DNA from: Veleropilina oligotropha
Lineage: Eukaryota
DNA: 31,848 nt
NCBI GenBank assembly: GCA_048128005.1
Contig: JBEUKZ010000057.1
Span: 62,001-93,848 of the forward strand
Direction of reading: 5' to 3'
Each line of letters starts with the position of its first letter. Positions within the stretch are counted from its first letter, which is position 1. Below the pieces are notes generated by a model, which was given only the letters and a program-made list of their open reading frames with translations, was not told the origin of the DNA and made no database searches. The translations under genes and the position numbers were made by a program. Shown here piece after piece: positions 1 to 13,469 of the stretch.

Positions 1-144
1 TCCCAATTAACTCGTCTGATTGCTCTGGTTAACAGGAGTGGGTTCAATTACTTTGTTCAGTTAACAGTCACAGTTGTACATGAGGATGGGTTTCTCCAGG
101 TAACAAGGCATTCCTTATATGGACATGTCCTGATATTGCCTCCG

Positions 145-1347
145 GTCCTGGATGGGTGATGAAAAGGGACATTAATGTAGTCCTTGGGTGTCCTGGATGG
201 TTGTTGAAAAGTGTCATTAATGTAGTCCTTGGGTGTCCTGGATGGGTGATGAAAAGGGACATTAATGTAGTCCTTGGGTGTCCTGGATGGGTGATGAAAA
301 GGGACATTAATGTAGTCCTTGGGTGTCCTGGATGGGTGATGAAAAGGGACATTAATGTAGTCCTTGGGTGTCCTGGATGGGTGATGAAAAGGGTCATTAA
401 TGTAGTCCTTGGGTGTCCTGGATGGGTGATGAAAAGGGACATTAATGTAGTCCTTGGGTGTCCTGGATGGGTGATGAAAAGGGTCATTAATGTAGTCCTT
501 GGGTGTCCTGGATGGGTGATGAAAAGGGACATTAATGTAGTCCTTGGGTGTCCTGGATGGGTGATGAAAAGGGACATTAATGTAGTCCTTGGGTGTCCTG
601 GATGGGTGATGAAAAGGGTCATTAATGTAGTCCTTGGGTGTCCTGGATGGGTGATGAAAAGGGACATTAATGTAGTCCTTGGGTGTCCTGGATGGGTGAT
701 GAAAAGGGACATTAATGTAGTCCTTGGGTGTCCTGGATGGGTGATGAAAAGAGACATTAATGTAGTCCTTGGGTGTCCTGGATGGTTGTTGAAAAGTGTC
801 ATTAATGTAGTCCTTGGGTGTCCTGGATGGGTGATGAAAAGGGACATTAATGTAGTCCTTGGGTGTCCTGGATGGGTGATGAAAAGGGACATTAATGTAG
901 TCCTTGGGTGTCCTGGATGGGTGATGAAAAGGGACATTAATGTAGTCCTTGGGTGTCCTGGATGGGTGATGAAAAGGGACATTAATGTAGTCCTTGGGTG
1001 TCCTGGATGGGTGATGAAAAGGGTCATTAATGTAGTCCTTGGGTGTCCTGGATGGGTGATGAAAAGGGACATTAATGTAGTCCTTGGGTGTCCTGGATGG
1101 GTGATGAAAAGGGACATTAATGTAGTCCTTTGGGTGTCCTGGATGGGTGATGAAAAGGGGCATTAATGTAGTCCTTGGGTGTCCTCGATGGGTGATGAAA
1201 AGGGTCATTAATGTAGTCCTTGGGTGTCCTGGATGGGTGATGAAAAGGGACATTAATGTAGTCCTTGGGTGTCCTGGATGGGTGATGAAAAGGGACATTA
1301 ATGTAGTCCTTGGGTGTCCTGGATGGGTGATGAAAAGGGACATTAAT
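145..1347. repeat. 45-bp minisatellite, ~27 copies (GTCCTGGATGGGTGATGAAAAGGGACATTAATGTAGTCCTTGGGT)
   Basis: Period of 45 is directly visible (TCCTTGGGTG at 181, 226, 271...). Few variant units. The long ORFs here are 15-aa translations of the repeat. Confidence 0.97.
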
Positions 1348-1450
1348 TAGTACATAACTGTGTTGAGACAAGTGTCGCTCCGCCACTATGCCGATAAGCG
1401 ATACTTATGTCCCTCTGACAGTCTAAGGGTTAAGCGTTGATCCAAAACGT

Positions 1451-1691
1451 GAATGCACCGTTCTCGATCGCTCAACTGGTAGAGTGTCGGAAAAACATTA
1501 AATGGGATGGTAGGATGTGGGTTCAAACCCCCGCTCCGGCGTGGCTAAATATAATGCTTAAAACCAATAGAAGGCTTATCCCTAATGTATGTCGGTGAGA
1601 TCGGAGCGAGACCTAAAACCGGGTGCCCCGACTACGATACAGCTGAAAAATTTCTAAAAGTGGTCGTAAAACAATGTTGACAACCAATCAA
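1451..1691 (+). mobile_element. tRNA-derived SINE
   Basis: Box A-like TCGCTCAACTGGTAGAG (~1468) and box B GGGTTCAAACC (~1519). The 3' tail ends in CAACCAATCAA-type repeats. Candidate TSD CCAAAACGT at 1442-1450 and 1692-1700. Confidence 0.7.
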
Positions 1692-2458
1692 CCAAAACGT
1701 TGTGGGTTTGATCAGTGGAGTTAACACTTAGCTGATCTCTACAGATCAGTTGCCTTATTTACATGAACAATTCAACAGAAGCTGGAGCGAACATTACCCT
1801 TTTATTCTCTATTAAATATGTCTTAATAATTATCTCGGTTTGAGGCAAGGGGTTTCTTTGTTAAGTTATCAGTCCCAATAATTTTTGTCATATGCTGGCC
1901 AGAGCGGGCAGGTTTTCCCGGGTAAACGGGCCTTACCTCCCAGGATAATATGAACATGTCCAGGATAACATGTCCAGGATAATATGAACATGTCCTAGTA
2001 TGAACCTGAAGTTCCCCTATATTACAAGGCTCGGTACATAAATTGTGCCCGACTCGTTTCATAATTCTCATATGGAATGGGCACTCGTTCGATATCCTCT
2101 ATATATATCAGGGTTTTTATGATCAATTTCAGATTTGCAAAAGTTAGGGATCCAGACCACTTGGTGAAAGGAAATCTTGACAATTACGAAACCGTCTCTC
2201 CTGCATTCTGACGGTGCAATCGTGATATTTCTTATCAACAAGTATTAATCATTTTCGCTAAAATGTATATTAAGTTAATTTTTAGTTATTACCATAATCA
2301 AACACATGTATTTTTATGTCTTGACCTTTTTGTAAAAAAGGACAAGACATTATAAAATGGTCCGTGTGTATATACATATATACTTATATATATACAAGGG
2401 CGTCCGAACCGCCGCGGCCTGGGGCGGCTCGCGGCACTTTTTTCATGGCCGTACTAAT

Positions 2459-3635
2459 AATTAGGGCTTCAAGGTCTTTCAAGCTTGAAGCCCTATTGAA
2501 ATTGTACCGGTTATTATTCTTATTCTGACGTTTTTTTGTGGGCACTTTAGCGCGAAAACGGCTATAGCTACAGCTTTCAAAATTCATGTGTGCTTGGGCA
2601 CATCATTGAAGCATTGCCTCGTTCTATTTTCAAGTTTCATGGCGCTAGTAGTCTGGCGGCCATCTTGAATTACGTCATAATTCTGACGTTTTTTGTGGGC
2701 ACTTTAGCGCGAAAACGGCTATAGCTACAGCTTTCAAAATTCATGTGTGCTTGGGCACATCATTGAAGCATTGCCTCGTTCTATTTTCAAGTTTCATGGC
2801 GCTAGTAGTCTGGCGGCCATCTTGAATTACGTCATAAACTAGCTTCTTTTATAACTTTGTTAATATTTAACCTAGCGGGACATGATTAGTATATTCGGAT
2901 GCCAGAGTCGCTTGTCAAAAATGTCATGAGAGTGGATTTTTGAATTTTTAATTTAACCGGCGGCCATACTGAAATCAATTTAAAATGGCTATATCTTGGA
3001 AATGATGCAACGTAGACCCATGGTTACTATGGGGAGCCTATGGGAAGTCATGGGTGGGCTTTCGAAAATGACCTTGACCTTTGACCTCAGGTGACCTACA
3101 TTGCAGGAAATGACCTAATTAAGGAAAAATGCATACATGTGTGCCCATAGTGGTTCAAGAGAACTACTATTGATGTCTGTAGTCGACATTTATCAAATTT
3201 ACGTGATAAAATCGAAAAACAGGAAGTGCCTCGCCGGCCATTAAAGCATTTGTTTCAAGTGGCAATATATCAAAAAGGATGCACCGCAGACACATAGTTA
3301 CTATGGGGAGCCTATGGGAAGTCATGGTTCATCTTTCACATTTGACCTTTGACCTCAGTTGACCTACATTGCAGTAAATGACCTAATTAAGGGAAACGCC
3401 CTATTTTTGCCAGAAAATGGTCACGAAATGGCCAACTCGGTTAATATTGATGCTAGAGCTTAGATATTTTGAATGGAAATAATAAAAAAATTCGAAAAAC
3501 TTTCAATTTTTAAAAAAAAATTTAAATAAAATTTAAAAAAACTCTAAAAAATTTAGGTGTGTTTTGTGTTCAACTAATTAATGCGATAACATGGCTCTAA
3601 CTTGAAACCCTGCACAGCTGCTAGCAGCTTTAATT
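2459..3635 (+). mobile_element. Non-autonomous Helentron-like element, family B, nested in the hAT 5' region
   Basis: SubTIR AGGGCTTCAAG (2463) with inverted copy CTTGAAGCCCT (2484). 3' subTIR CTTGAAACCCT (3601), palindrome AGCTGCTAGCAGCT and T-rich end. Internal ~158-bp tandem duplication (2522-2837) and TGACCTTTGACC motifs. Confidence 0.65.
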
Positions 3636-4067
3636 TATATATAATATTTTCAGTTGTTGCAATAATGTTACAATAGAAAAATTTCATCTAAGAACAAAAA
3701 GTTATCTCTCCGTCCACGAGTCATTAATTGCTCATGATAACAAAGGATCCAGTGATTGCAGTAATCTGATTACGCTATAGAGTCTATTGTGTATCGTCGC
3801 TCATTGTTAATTTGCGCTCAGTGATTAACGTCTGATGTATCTGTGATTAATTGATTATTGTTTAAAAGCAATCACCAGCATACCTTTGTTATGGGCTTTT
3901 GTGAGTAATCGTTCTCTGATTAGAGTAATAACCGGCTTACGTTTGTTACCGTTTTTTTGTGAGTTATCGATCAATGCTTAACACCACTGTTGACTATATG
4001 TATATAACAGCGGGATTTTAAAACCAACAGCATCATCTAATAGAGTAAGATTGACTTGAAAACAAAC

Positions 4068-6209
4068 ATGCCTCCAATCCTTGATGAAATCGGAAAACAA
4101 CCGCATCATCCGTGTGCAAGTTATAAATACCCCCATCGAGAGTTTGGGTCAAAGAAGACAAAACGTGCTTTTCAGTCATCATGGCTTCAAAAATGGCCAT
4201 GGCTACGTTATGTTGAACAATCTGATCGTGTTTTCTGTTTTAATTGTATTAAAGCTTCAAGGGAAAACAAACTTTATGCAAACAACGCGGAGCCAGCATT
4301 CATAAGCACGGTTTCCAAAACTGGAAAGATGCATCAGTGAAAATCAGACAGCATGCAGAGAGCAAGTGCCACAAAGATGCGATTACAACGACGGTAAAAC
4401 TAGCTAATATCAAAGACATCGGTGAGCAGTTGAATGCGAATGTTGCGGTCGAAAAAGCTGAAAATCGAAAAATGTTGCTAAAGATCTTGTCCAATGTCAG
4501 ATTTCTGGCGAAACAAGCACTCCCTCTTCGAGGCCATGGCGATGAATCGCATTCAAACTTCATGGAACTTTTGCACCTGAGGGGAGAAGATTGTCCAGAA
4601 ATTCTTCAGTGGATAAAGAAAAAGTCCAACAAGTATACATCAGCTGATGTTCAGAACGAGATGCTGCAAATAATGGCATTGAAAGTACTCCGACAAGTTG
4701 CAACAGATCTTCGTTCTACCGAGTTTTTCACGATCATGATGGATGAAACTACGGACGTATCAAACAAAGAACAGGCTGTCCTCTGCTTCCGTTGGGTTGC
4801 AGATGATTTATCGGTTAGGGATGATTTCATTGGTCTCTACAACATCGAAAATATCGAAGCGAATACCCTGGTATCAATTGTGAAAGACGTACTTCTAAGA
4901 ATGAACATATCGATGAACAAAGCAAGAGGACAGTGTTATGACGGTGCTAGTGCGATGAGCGGTGCTAAATCGGGCGTCGCTACTCAAATACGCAAGATTG
5001 AAGAACGATTATTATACACTCACTGCTACGGACATTCTTTGAACTTGGCATGTTCGGACACTATCAAAACCGTGAGAGTCATGCGTGATGCGTTGGATAC
5101 TACTCATGAAATTACGAAACTTATAAAGAAGTCTCCACGCCGCAATTCTGTATTTGACAAACTGAAAGCTGAGCTATCCCCCGATTGCCCCGGTGTCAGA
5201 GTGCTATGTCCGACTCGTTGGACTGTTCGGGCAGATTCTCTGAATTCTATCTTTCAAAACTACGGCGCACTTCAAGAATGCTGGGAATCTTTGGATTACG
5301 TTAAGGACACTGAAATGCGCGCACGGATTCTAGGAGTTGCCATTCACATGACGGATTTTAACTATTTGTATGGCGTTGTCCTGGGGCACTTGATCCTTGC
5401 TCACAGTGACAACTTGAGTCGAGCACTCCAGAGGGCAGATATCTCTGCAGCCGAAGGTCAACTGATTGCCGAAATGACAACGAAGACACTTCAGTCGATA
5501 CGTAACGACTCGTCATTTGAACTATTCTGGAGAAAAGTGAACGAAAAAGCCAGTGAATTAGACGTGAACGAACCCGTTCTCCCACGAAAGCGAAAGCGTC
5601 CGAGACGGTACGAAGATGGTTGCGCCTCCGCAGAATTTTCTGAAACAGTAGAAGACAAATACCGCCAGATTTACTTCGAGAGTATTGATACAATCGTTAC
5701 TACTATACACGATCGTTTTGACCAACCAGGTTACCGGATGTACAATAACTTACAGCAACTACTCATGAAGGCAGTGAACGCTGAGTCTTATGAACATGAG
5801 TTATTATCCGTCACTGAGTTCTACAAGAGGACATAAACGCAATGGAACTTCGAACACAACTTAGCGCTTTTTCAGCGAACATTCCGGATGGTGTCGACAC
5901 ATAACTGGACTGATAGAATATGCACGAGGACTAAAGCCTGTCCAGCGCAGTTTGCTTTCAGAAGTAATTATTGTAATGAAACTGATTCTTGTTATGCCAG
6001 CTACCAATGCGGAAAGTGAACGAATGTTTAGCAGCTTGAAACGCATCAAGACGTATCTTTGGTCTACCATGAAACAGATTCGATTGAACCATCTGATGAT
6101 GCTACACTTTTCCAGAGACAAACTTGATGAAGCAATGGACCTAACAGACGTCGCAAATGAATTTGTGGCTTTCTCAGAGCATCGTCGACAAATTTTCGGG
6201 AAATTCTAA
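4068..6209 (+). pseudogene. hAT transposase (TTF-type Zn finger / ZMYM1-like DDE core / hAT dimerisation domain) with three 1-bp frameshifts
   Basis: TTF finger FQSSW..WPWL...VFCFNC...GFQNWK...HAESKCH. Catalytic MMDETTD and CYDGAS, CxxH (HCYGH), PTRW, and C-terminal NAESERMFSSLKRIKT. Frames join by -1 shifts at ~4309, ~5826 and ~5900. Confidence 0.92.
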
Positions 6210-7130
6210 GAACTTATATAAAATGGTGTTAATGTATGTACCTTTAATGTTCTGTGCTTTTTATTGATTTTATTGTTATAACTCTTATAATCTAATACAA
6301 TAAATAGTTGAAATATCTCACTTATATCGTTCTTAATCGCACTATTTCCTTTGCTGTAAATTTGTTATATGTCAAGAAATAAGCCTCTTGCTATTGGCCG
6401 CGGCACATTGGAATTGCTTCCGTCGCCTCTGATATATATATCCGTCGATTTATTTGAAAACTACCCGCTCAATTTTCACCAAAATTGGTACACACATTCC
6501 CAAGAGTATTTGTAGGTCACGTGTATATAACTTTCGCGACACAATTTTGCAAAAATACGCATTTATCGAGCACTTTTATGCATATTTGTATATAACGGAT
6601 GTCTAATATTGCAAGCAAATAGCAATGACGTCATTACGACGTCGCTTTAGATTAATCGTCATTTGGTGACGTCACAATCGACGGGGTAGTAAATTAAGCC
6701 ATGAAGTACTTGCACTTAGCCATTGTATTAACTGTTATGAAAATTTGAGGGAAATAAAGAAAGGTCAAGACATATTCCGAACGCGTCGTTCTTGTTTATA
6801 AGTTAGCTTTGTTCATTCTTTTATTTTGCAAAGGTGGGGTCCCCCCCCCCCCCTCTGGATCCGCTAGTGTATAACCGTTTCTATACAATGCTAAACAAAC
6901 ATGTTAAAACAAAACTTTGCAAGAATCTTAATATTATGGAGACTGCTAAAACATCCACTAAATACGAAAACTACAGTGTCAATGTGCCACACAAAATACT
7001 GTCAGAATACCGACGATCAAGGAAAATAAATAATCCAATGGTTTCTTTACATTTATGCAATGTATGTTCTATCCACTAGTTAATTCTCCGAGATGTAGTG
7101 CTTGTTTTGTAGTGGAATTTACAATGGATT

Positions 7131-7274
<144 letters not shown>

Positions 7275-8185
7275 GCCGATACTTCATGGAGATTCTTTTG
7301 TTACAAAACTGTGTCTATCTTTGATATTCACTTTTAGCGTGGTATATGAAAACAATGGGCTGATGTTCACGCGTCGTTTATTAGCCAAACCTGAACAATG
7401 AAATGTGATAATTTTCAACAGGCGGCTGTGGTGGTCAGGGTCAAAGATTATAGTGGTCTGCTGAGTACGATCTCATACTCTGGTGACTGTTTCGTACTCA
7501 AATCAACACTCTTGATCATTGCAGAGTCTGAGCTGAGTTTCATATGAGTCTTTATAATCTTGAGGCCCAGGTCTCCATTTGACCAGTTTAAAATGCTTAT
7601 TTACAGTATATTTTAAGAATATTTGAGGCTAAAATTGTATATTATATCAAGCAAAAGGATGATACAATTCATGATCACTTTATATTGTATTTACACATTT
7701 AAATGAAAATTCGCAGAGCATGACATGAAAACATGGGCGGATATAATTTTAATCAAACGGGTGGGTTCCAGACATCCAGTCATCCACTTTTTTACCAATC
7801 ACAAATTTGATGGTCAAAATTATCGCGTTTTACACTGTCAGAATGTAGGAGAGGTATTTCACACCGTTAATTGTCAACTTTTTTCACAGCTGATAGTATA
7901 ATTCATAAAAGTTGGACACTCACATTCTCCAAATCCTGCATCTGCCCCTGTGAAAAACAGTAAATCGTAACAAATATCATACCTATACCTGCAAATAATG
8001 GGTGGACTTCACTGCATTCTTCGGAGAAGTAACATCATCTTGGAAGTCTAAATCCAACAACTCACAGTCAAATCTCTAAATTTGGAAAAGTCCTACATCG
8101 TTTTCGTCTCTTACATGAAAAAATACCTAATATAAATTATTGTTCTACTGTATCGCCTAAATCGGTTAGACCATGTAACTCGTGA

Positions 8186-8318
8186 ATATGTTGGATAGAC
8201 ACAGTTTTCCACCGTTGATTAAGTGTGAAATCGGATCATTGCACTCGTGCTTCGCACTCGAACAATGGTCCGATTTCACACTTAATCAACGATGAAAAAC
8301 TGTGTCTATCCAACATAT
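8186..8318. repeat. Palindromic MITE-like repeat with ~55-bp arms
   Basis: ATATGTTGGATAGACACAGTTTT...AAAACTGTGTCTATCCAACATAT with central CTCGTGCTTCGCACTCG. Confidence 0.8.
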
Positions 8319-8344
8319 ACACTCTTTAGCATGATCTAACCTAC

Positions 8345-8594
<250 letters not shown>

Positions 8595-8870
8595 ACAACA
8601 AAAATTGTTTAGATGTAAATATTTGGGGGGACAAACGTCCCAGTATTTTTTAATATAGTACATGGCTCACTGGCAGTTTATATGTGGCACAGCTTTGCAG
8701 AAGATATAAAATATTATTAATTTATACAACAATTATTTATGATTCTAGAAAATGCAATGTTTGTTTATGCTAAATTTTGTTAAATATCGAAACAGTGATT
8801 TGAGAATAATTTATAAAAGTTAAATGTGAAAAATAAATGTATAAAATACCTGCGTGGTTGAAAATTGTAT

Positions 8871-8942
8871 TGGAGATGCCGGGGATCGAACCCGGGGCCT
8901 TTCACATGCGAAGCGAACGCTCTACCACTGAGCTACATCCCC
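8871..8942 (-). tRNA. tRNA-Ala-CGC: tRNA-Ala (anticodon CGC)
   Basis: GGGGATGTAGCTCAGTGGTAGAGCGTTCGCTTCGCATGTGAAAGGCCCCGGGTTCGATCCCCGGCATCTCCA folds as a cloverleaf with G3:U70, anticodon loop TT-CGC-AT and TTCGA T-loop. A T4 run lies just downstream. Confidence 0.96.
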
Positions 8943-9140
8943 AATTATGGAAAACGTGTGTTATAAATTACTACTTAAAATAGTAATTAAATATCGCTAT
9001 AGCCAATACTATGATAAATTACTGAAATTAATTAATTGGTGTTCATTGCTAATATTTAATACATTACGCGGCTGATACATCGCCCTGTTACACGTTGTCC
9101 AAGCGTCTTAAGTGCGCATACCCGGCGGGTCATTTAACAT

Positions 9141-9393
9141 ACCTACCAACCAATATCATAGCAGTAGGCCTACCTACCAACCAATATCATAGAAGTACAT
9201 ACCAACCAATATCATAGCAGTACCTACCAACCAATATCATAGCAGTACCTACCAACCAATATCATAGCAGTACCTACCAACCAATATCATAGCAGTACCT
9301 ACCAACCAATATAACAGTACCTACCAACCAATATCATAGCAGTACCTACCAACCAATATCATAGCAGTACCTACCAACCAATATCATAGCAGT
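9141..9393. repeat. 25-bp minisatellite (ACCTACCAACCAATATCATAGCAGT), ~10 copies
   Basis: Period of 25 is visible (9222, 9247, 9272...). Confidence 0.95.
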
Positions 9394-9808
9394 ATGGTAA
9401 TAATATGAAATAACTATATATATCAGGCACGTATGAAGATATAGTCTCACCAGGGGGGGGGGGGGGGGGGGGGCGGGCACACTATATATATATATATTAA
9501 TATATCAGCAAGAATACCATTATTAATATTTATTTAAACATGTATAACTAAGGGCGGATCCAGGAATGTGAAAAGGAAGGGGTCCAAATTTTGTCAATTA
9601 AAAATGTGAAATCTTCTCTCCTGCATTATTACAATGCAAACGTGATATTTCTTACCAACATTTATGAACCACTTTCACTATAAAGTATGAGGCAATCTTT
9701 TATTTTCACAATGAACCACATACATTTCTGATTTTAAAATTTATGGGTCCAGACCACTTGGTCGAAGAAAATTTCGACAATTAACGGTTTGAAATTCCAT
9801 ATCCTGCA

Positions 9809-10330
9809 TTATCACATGACAAAGCTGTTATGGAACGGTTTTAGCCATTCCATAAATTTCCATATAAAAAGACACGTCTCATAAGTATGCAAATGAGGGA
9901 GAGCGAGATGCCCTGTCGTCGCATCTGGCGCCAAGCTGATTAGGCGGCGCAACCCTTAATTTATTAACATATTGAATAATCCATACGCGTTGATTCGTTG
10001 ATTACTGACGTTGAACTTTTTTTATTGGCGTACTGGCGTGGCGCGTGCTTTCGGGGCGTGATGCGTCTGAGGCAATGGCAATTTATGGCTGAAAGTACTG
10101 ACAGAAATTAGTTTTAAAACGTAAAGAAATGTGTTTAAAAACGCAATTAAATAAGTTTAAAGGTTAATAAAGTCATGTGATAAAGAAGATATGAAACTTG
10201 TGTCCATTTCATATGAGAATTATGAAACTCGTCAGCAAATTTATGTACCTCGCCAAGGCTCGGTACATAAATTGTGCCCGACTCGTTTCATAATTCTCAT
10301 ATGGAATGGACACTCGTTCGATATCCTCTA
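9809..10330. repeat. ~520-bp hairpin-tailed repeat, copy 1
   Basis: Begins TTATCACATGAC, has an internal inverted copy GTCATGTGATAA, then a ~110-bp imperfect palindrome, and ends GATATCCTCTA. Further copies at 11047-12059 and a partial one at 2026-2101. Confidence 0.85.
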
Positions 10331-11046
10331 TTTATTACAACACAAATGCGATATTTCTTACCAACAATTATTAACCACATTCTCTCTAATATGAGGCAAT
10401 ATTTCATGTTTTCACAATCAAACACATGCATTTATAATTGTTAAAAGTTAGGGGTCCAGACCACTTGTGTGAAGAAAATATGACAATTAACGGTGTGAAA
10501 CTCCCTCTCCTGCATTATTACAATGCAAACGCGATATTTCTTACCAACATCTATGAACCACTTTCACTTTAATGTATGAGGCAATGTTGTTGTTTTTTCA
10601 CAATCAAACACATGCATTTCAGATTTTAAAAAATTGAGTCCAGACCACTTGGTTGTAGAAAATTTTGACAATTAACGGTGTGAAATCCCCTCTCCTGCAT
10701 TATTGCAAAGCAAACGCGATATTTCTTACAAACATTTATGAACCATTTGAGGCAATTTTTCGTTTTTACCACAATCAAACACATGCATTTCTGATTTTCA
10801 AAGAGGGTCTGGATCACCTGCCCCTCCCCCAGGAAAATTTGCCTATTAACGGAGTGAAAACCCGTCTCTTACATTATGACAGTGCGATCGCGATATTTCT
10901 TATCAACATTTATGAACCATTTTCCAAAAATGCGTGAGTAAAATTCGTTTTTTCACATTCAAACACATGAAAGTCTGATTTCTAAAAGCGGTCCCAACCA
11001 CATGGCCCCCCAGAAATTTTCACTAAAATGCATCAGTTACATATAC

Positions 11047-12059
11047 TTATCACATGACAAAGCTGTTATGGAACGGTTTTAGCCGTTCCATAAATTTCCA
11101 TATAAAAGACACGTCTCATAAGTATGCAAATGAGGGAGAGCGTGATGCCCTGTCGTCGCATCTGGCGCCAAGTTGATTAGGCGGCGAATCACCCTCATTA
11201 ACATAATGAATAATTCATACGCGTTCACTCGTCGATTATTGACGTTGAACTTTTTTTATTGGCGTACTGGCGTGGCGCGTGCTGTCGAGGCGTGAAGCGT
11301 CTGGGTCAGGCCGTTTAATGACTGAAATTAATGACATAAATTAGTTTTAAAACGTAAAGAAATGTGTTTAAAAACGCAATAAAATAAGTTTAAAGGTAAA
11401 TAAAGTCATGTGATAAAGAAGATATGAAACTTGTGTCCATTTCATATGAGAATTATGAAACTCCTCAGCAAATTTATGTACCTCGCCAAGGCTCGGTACA
11501 TAAATTGTGCCCGACTCGTTTCATAATTCTCATATGGAATGGGCACTCGTTCGATATCCTCTATTTATCACATGACAAAGCTGTTATGGAACGGTTTTAG
11601 CCGTTCCATAAATTTCCATATAAAAAGACACGTCTCATAAGTATGCAAATGAGGGAGAGCGAGATGCCCGGTCGTCGCATCTGGCGCCAAGCTGATTAGG
11701 CGGCGCATCACCCTCATTAACATATTGAATAATTCATACGCGTTGATTCGTTTTCTGACGTTGAACTATTTTTTATTGGCGTACTGGCGTGGCGCGTGCT
11801 TTCGGGGCGTGATGCGTCTGAGGCAATGGCAATTTATGGCTGAAAGTACTGACAGAAATTAGTTTTAAAACGTAAAGAAATGTGTTTAAAAACGCAATTA
11901 AATAAGTTTAAAGGTTAATAAAGTCATGTGATAAAGAAGATATGAAACTTGTGTCCATTTCATATGAGAATTATGAAACTCGTCAGCAAATTTATGTAAA
12001 TTGTGCCCGACTCGTTTCATAATTCTCATATGGAATGGACACTCGTTCGACATCCTCTA
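11047..12059. repeat. Two head-to-tail copies of the ~520-bp hairpin-tailed repeat (11047-11563, 11565-12059)
   Basis: Near-identical to 9809-10330; junction CCTCTA-T-TTATCACATGAC. Confidence 0.88.
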
Positions 12060-12240
12060 TATATTTCAGGGTTTTTATGATCAATTTCAGATTTGCAAAA
12101 GTTAGGGATCCAGACCACTTGGTCAAAGAAAATCTTGACAATTACGAAACCGTCTCTCCTGCATTCTGACGGTGTTAATCATTTTCGCTAAAATGTATAT
12201 TAAGTTAATTTTTAGTTATTACCATAATCAAACACATGTA

Positions 12241-12679
12241 TTTTTATGTCTTGACCATATTGTAAAAAAGGACAAGACATTATCAAATGGTCCGTGTGTA
12301 TATACATATATACTTATATATATATCCGTCGATTTATTTGAAAACTACCCGCTCAATTTTCACCAAAATTGGTACACACATTCCCAAGAGTATTTGTAGA
12401 TCGTGTATATAAATTTCGCGACACAATTTTGCAAAAATACGCATTTATTGAGCACTTGTATGCATATTTGTATATAACGGATGTCTAATATTGCAAGCAA
12501 ATAGCAATGACGTCATTACGACGTCGCTTTAGATTAATCGTCATTTGATGACGTCACAATAGACGGGGTAGTAAATTAAGCCATGAAGTACTTGCACTTA
12601 GCCATTGTATTAACTGTTATGAAAATTTGAGGGAAATAAAGAAAGGTCAAGACATATTCCGAACGCGTCGTTCTTGTTT
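12241..12679 (+). mobile_element. Helentron-like element family A, uninterrupted copy
   Basis: Same subTIR/IR/microsatellite/3' stem-loop structure as 2311-6797, without the hAT. Confidence 0.72.
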
Positions 12680-13011
12680 ATAAGTTAGCTTTGTTCATTC
12701 TTTTATTTTGCAAAGGTGGGTCCCCCCCCCCCCCTCTGGATCCGCTAGTGTATAACCGTTTCTATACAATGCTAAGCAAACATGTTAAAACAAAACTTTG
12801 CAAGAATCTTAATATTATGGAGACTTCTAAAACATCCACTAAATACGAAAACTACAGTGTCAATGTGCCACACAAAATACTGTCAGAATACTGACGATCA
12901 AGGAAAATAAATAATCCAATGGTTTCTTTACATTTATGCAATGTATGTTCTATCCACTAGTTAATTCTCCGAGATGTAGTGCTTGTTTTGTAGTGGAATT
13001 TACAATGGATT

Positions 13012-13243
<232 letters not shown>

Positions 13244-13294
13244 ACAACAAATTTTTTTTAGATGTAAATATTTGGGGGGACAAACGTCCCAGTA

Positions 13295-13431
13295 TTTTTA
13301 TGTCTTGACCTTTTTGACAAAAAAGGACAAGACATTATCAAATGGTCCGTGTGTATATACTTATATACTTATATACTTATATACTTATATACTTATATAC
13401 TTATATACTTATATACTTATATACTTATATA

Positions 13432-13469
<38 letters not shown>

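Larger units (their letters stand above)
2395..6431 (+). mobile_element. hAT-superfamily DNA transposon (~4.0 kb)
   Basis: Boundaries are set by the empty paralogous site at ~12316-12325. Imperfect TIRs (CAAGGGCGTCCGAACC vs revcomp CAGAGGCGACGGAAGC). Inserted in (AT)n, so TSD length is ambiguous (about 8-9 bp). Encodes a hAT transposase. Confidence 0.88.
2311..6797 (+). mobile_element. Non-autonomous Helentron-like element (HINE/DINE-1 type), family A, interrupted by the hAT transposon
   Basis: 5' T-run, then subTIR TATGTCTTGACCTT with a nearby inverted copy (AAGGACAAGACAT), then a TA-type microsatellite. 3' subTIR AAGGTCAAGACATA, short stem-loop GAACGCGTCGTTC and T-run. An uninterrupted copy lies at 12241-12679. 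Confidence 0.7.
9551..12750. mobile_element. Probable non-autonomous TIR element carrying degenerate ~180-bp tandem repeats, with nested insertions
   Basis: Inverted ends GCGGATCCAG (~9555) and CTGGATCCGC (~12736). The unit CTCTCCTGCATTAT...AATCAAACACATGC...GTCCAGACCACTTG recurs at ~9615, 10340, 10505, 10690, 10865 and 12155. Confidence 0.5.

Noticed and set aside
61..99. Possible 39-bp host exon (TTCAG|...CAG|GTAAC)
   Set aside because: Splice-like signals only; no partner exon or recognisable peptide.
145..1347. CRISPR-like regular array
   Set aside because: Units are contiguous with no unique spacers, no cas genes are present, and the context is eukaryotic. The same applies to the 25-bp array at 9141-9393.
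57..1386. Long ORFs (428, 349, 336 aa) on both strands
   Set aside because: Translations of a 45-bp minisatellite that happens to lack stops in several frames; no coding evidence.
7420..8115. Possible exon fragments in the unique segment between (TA)n tracts
   Set aside because: Short open stretches with no consistent frame or recognisable domain.
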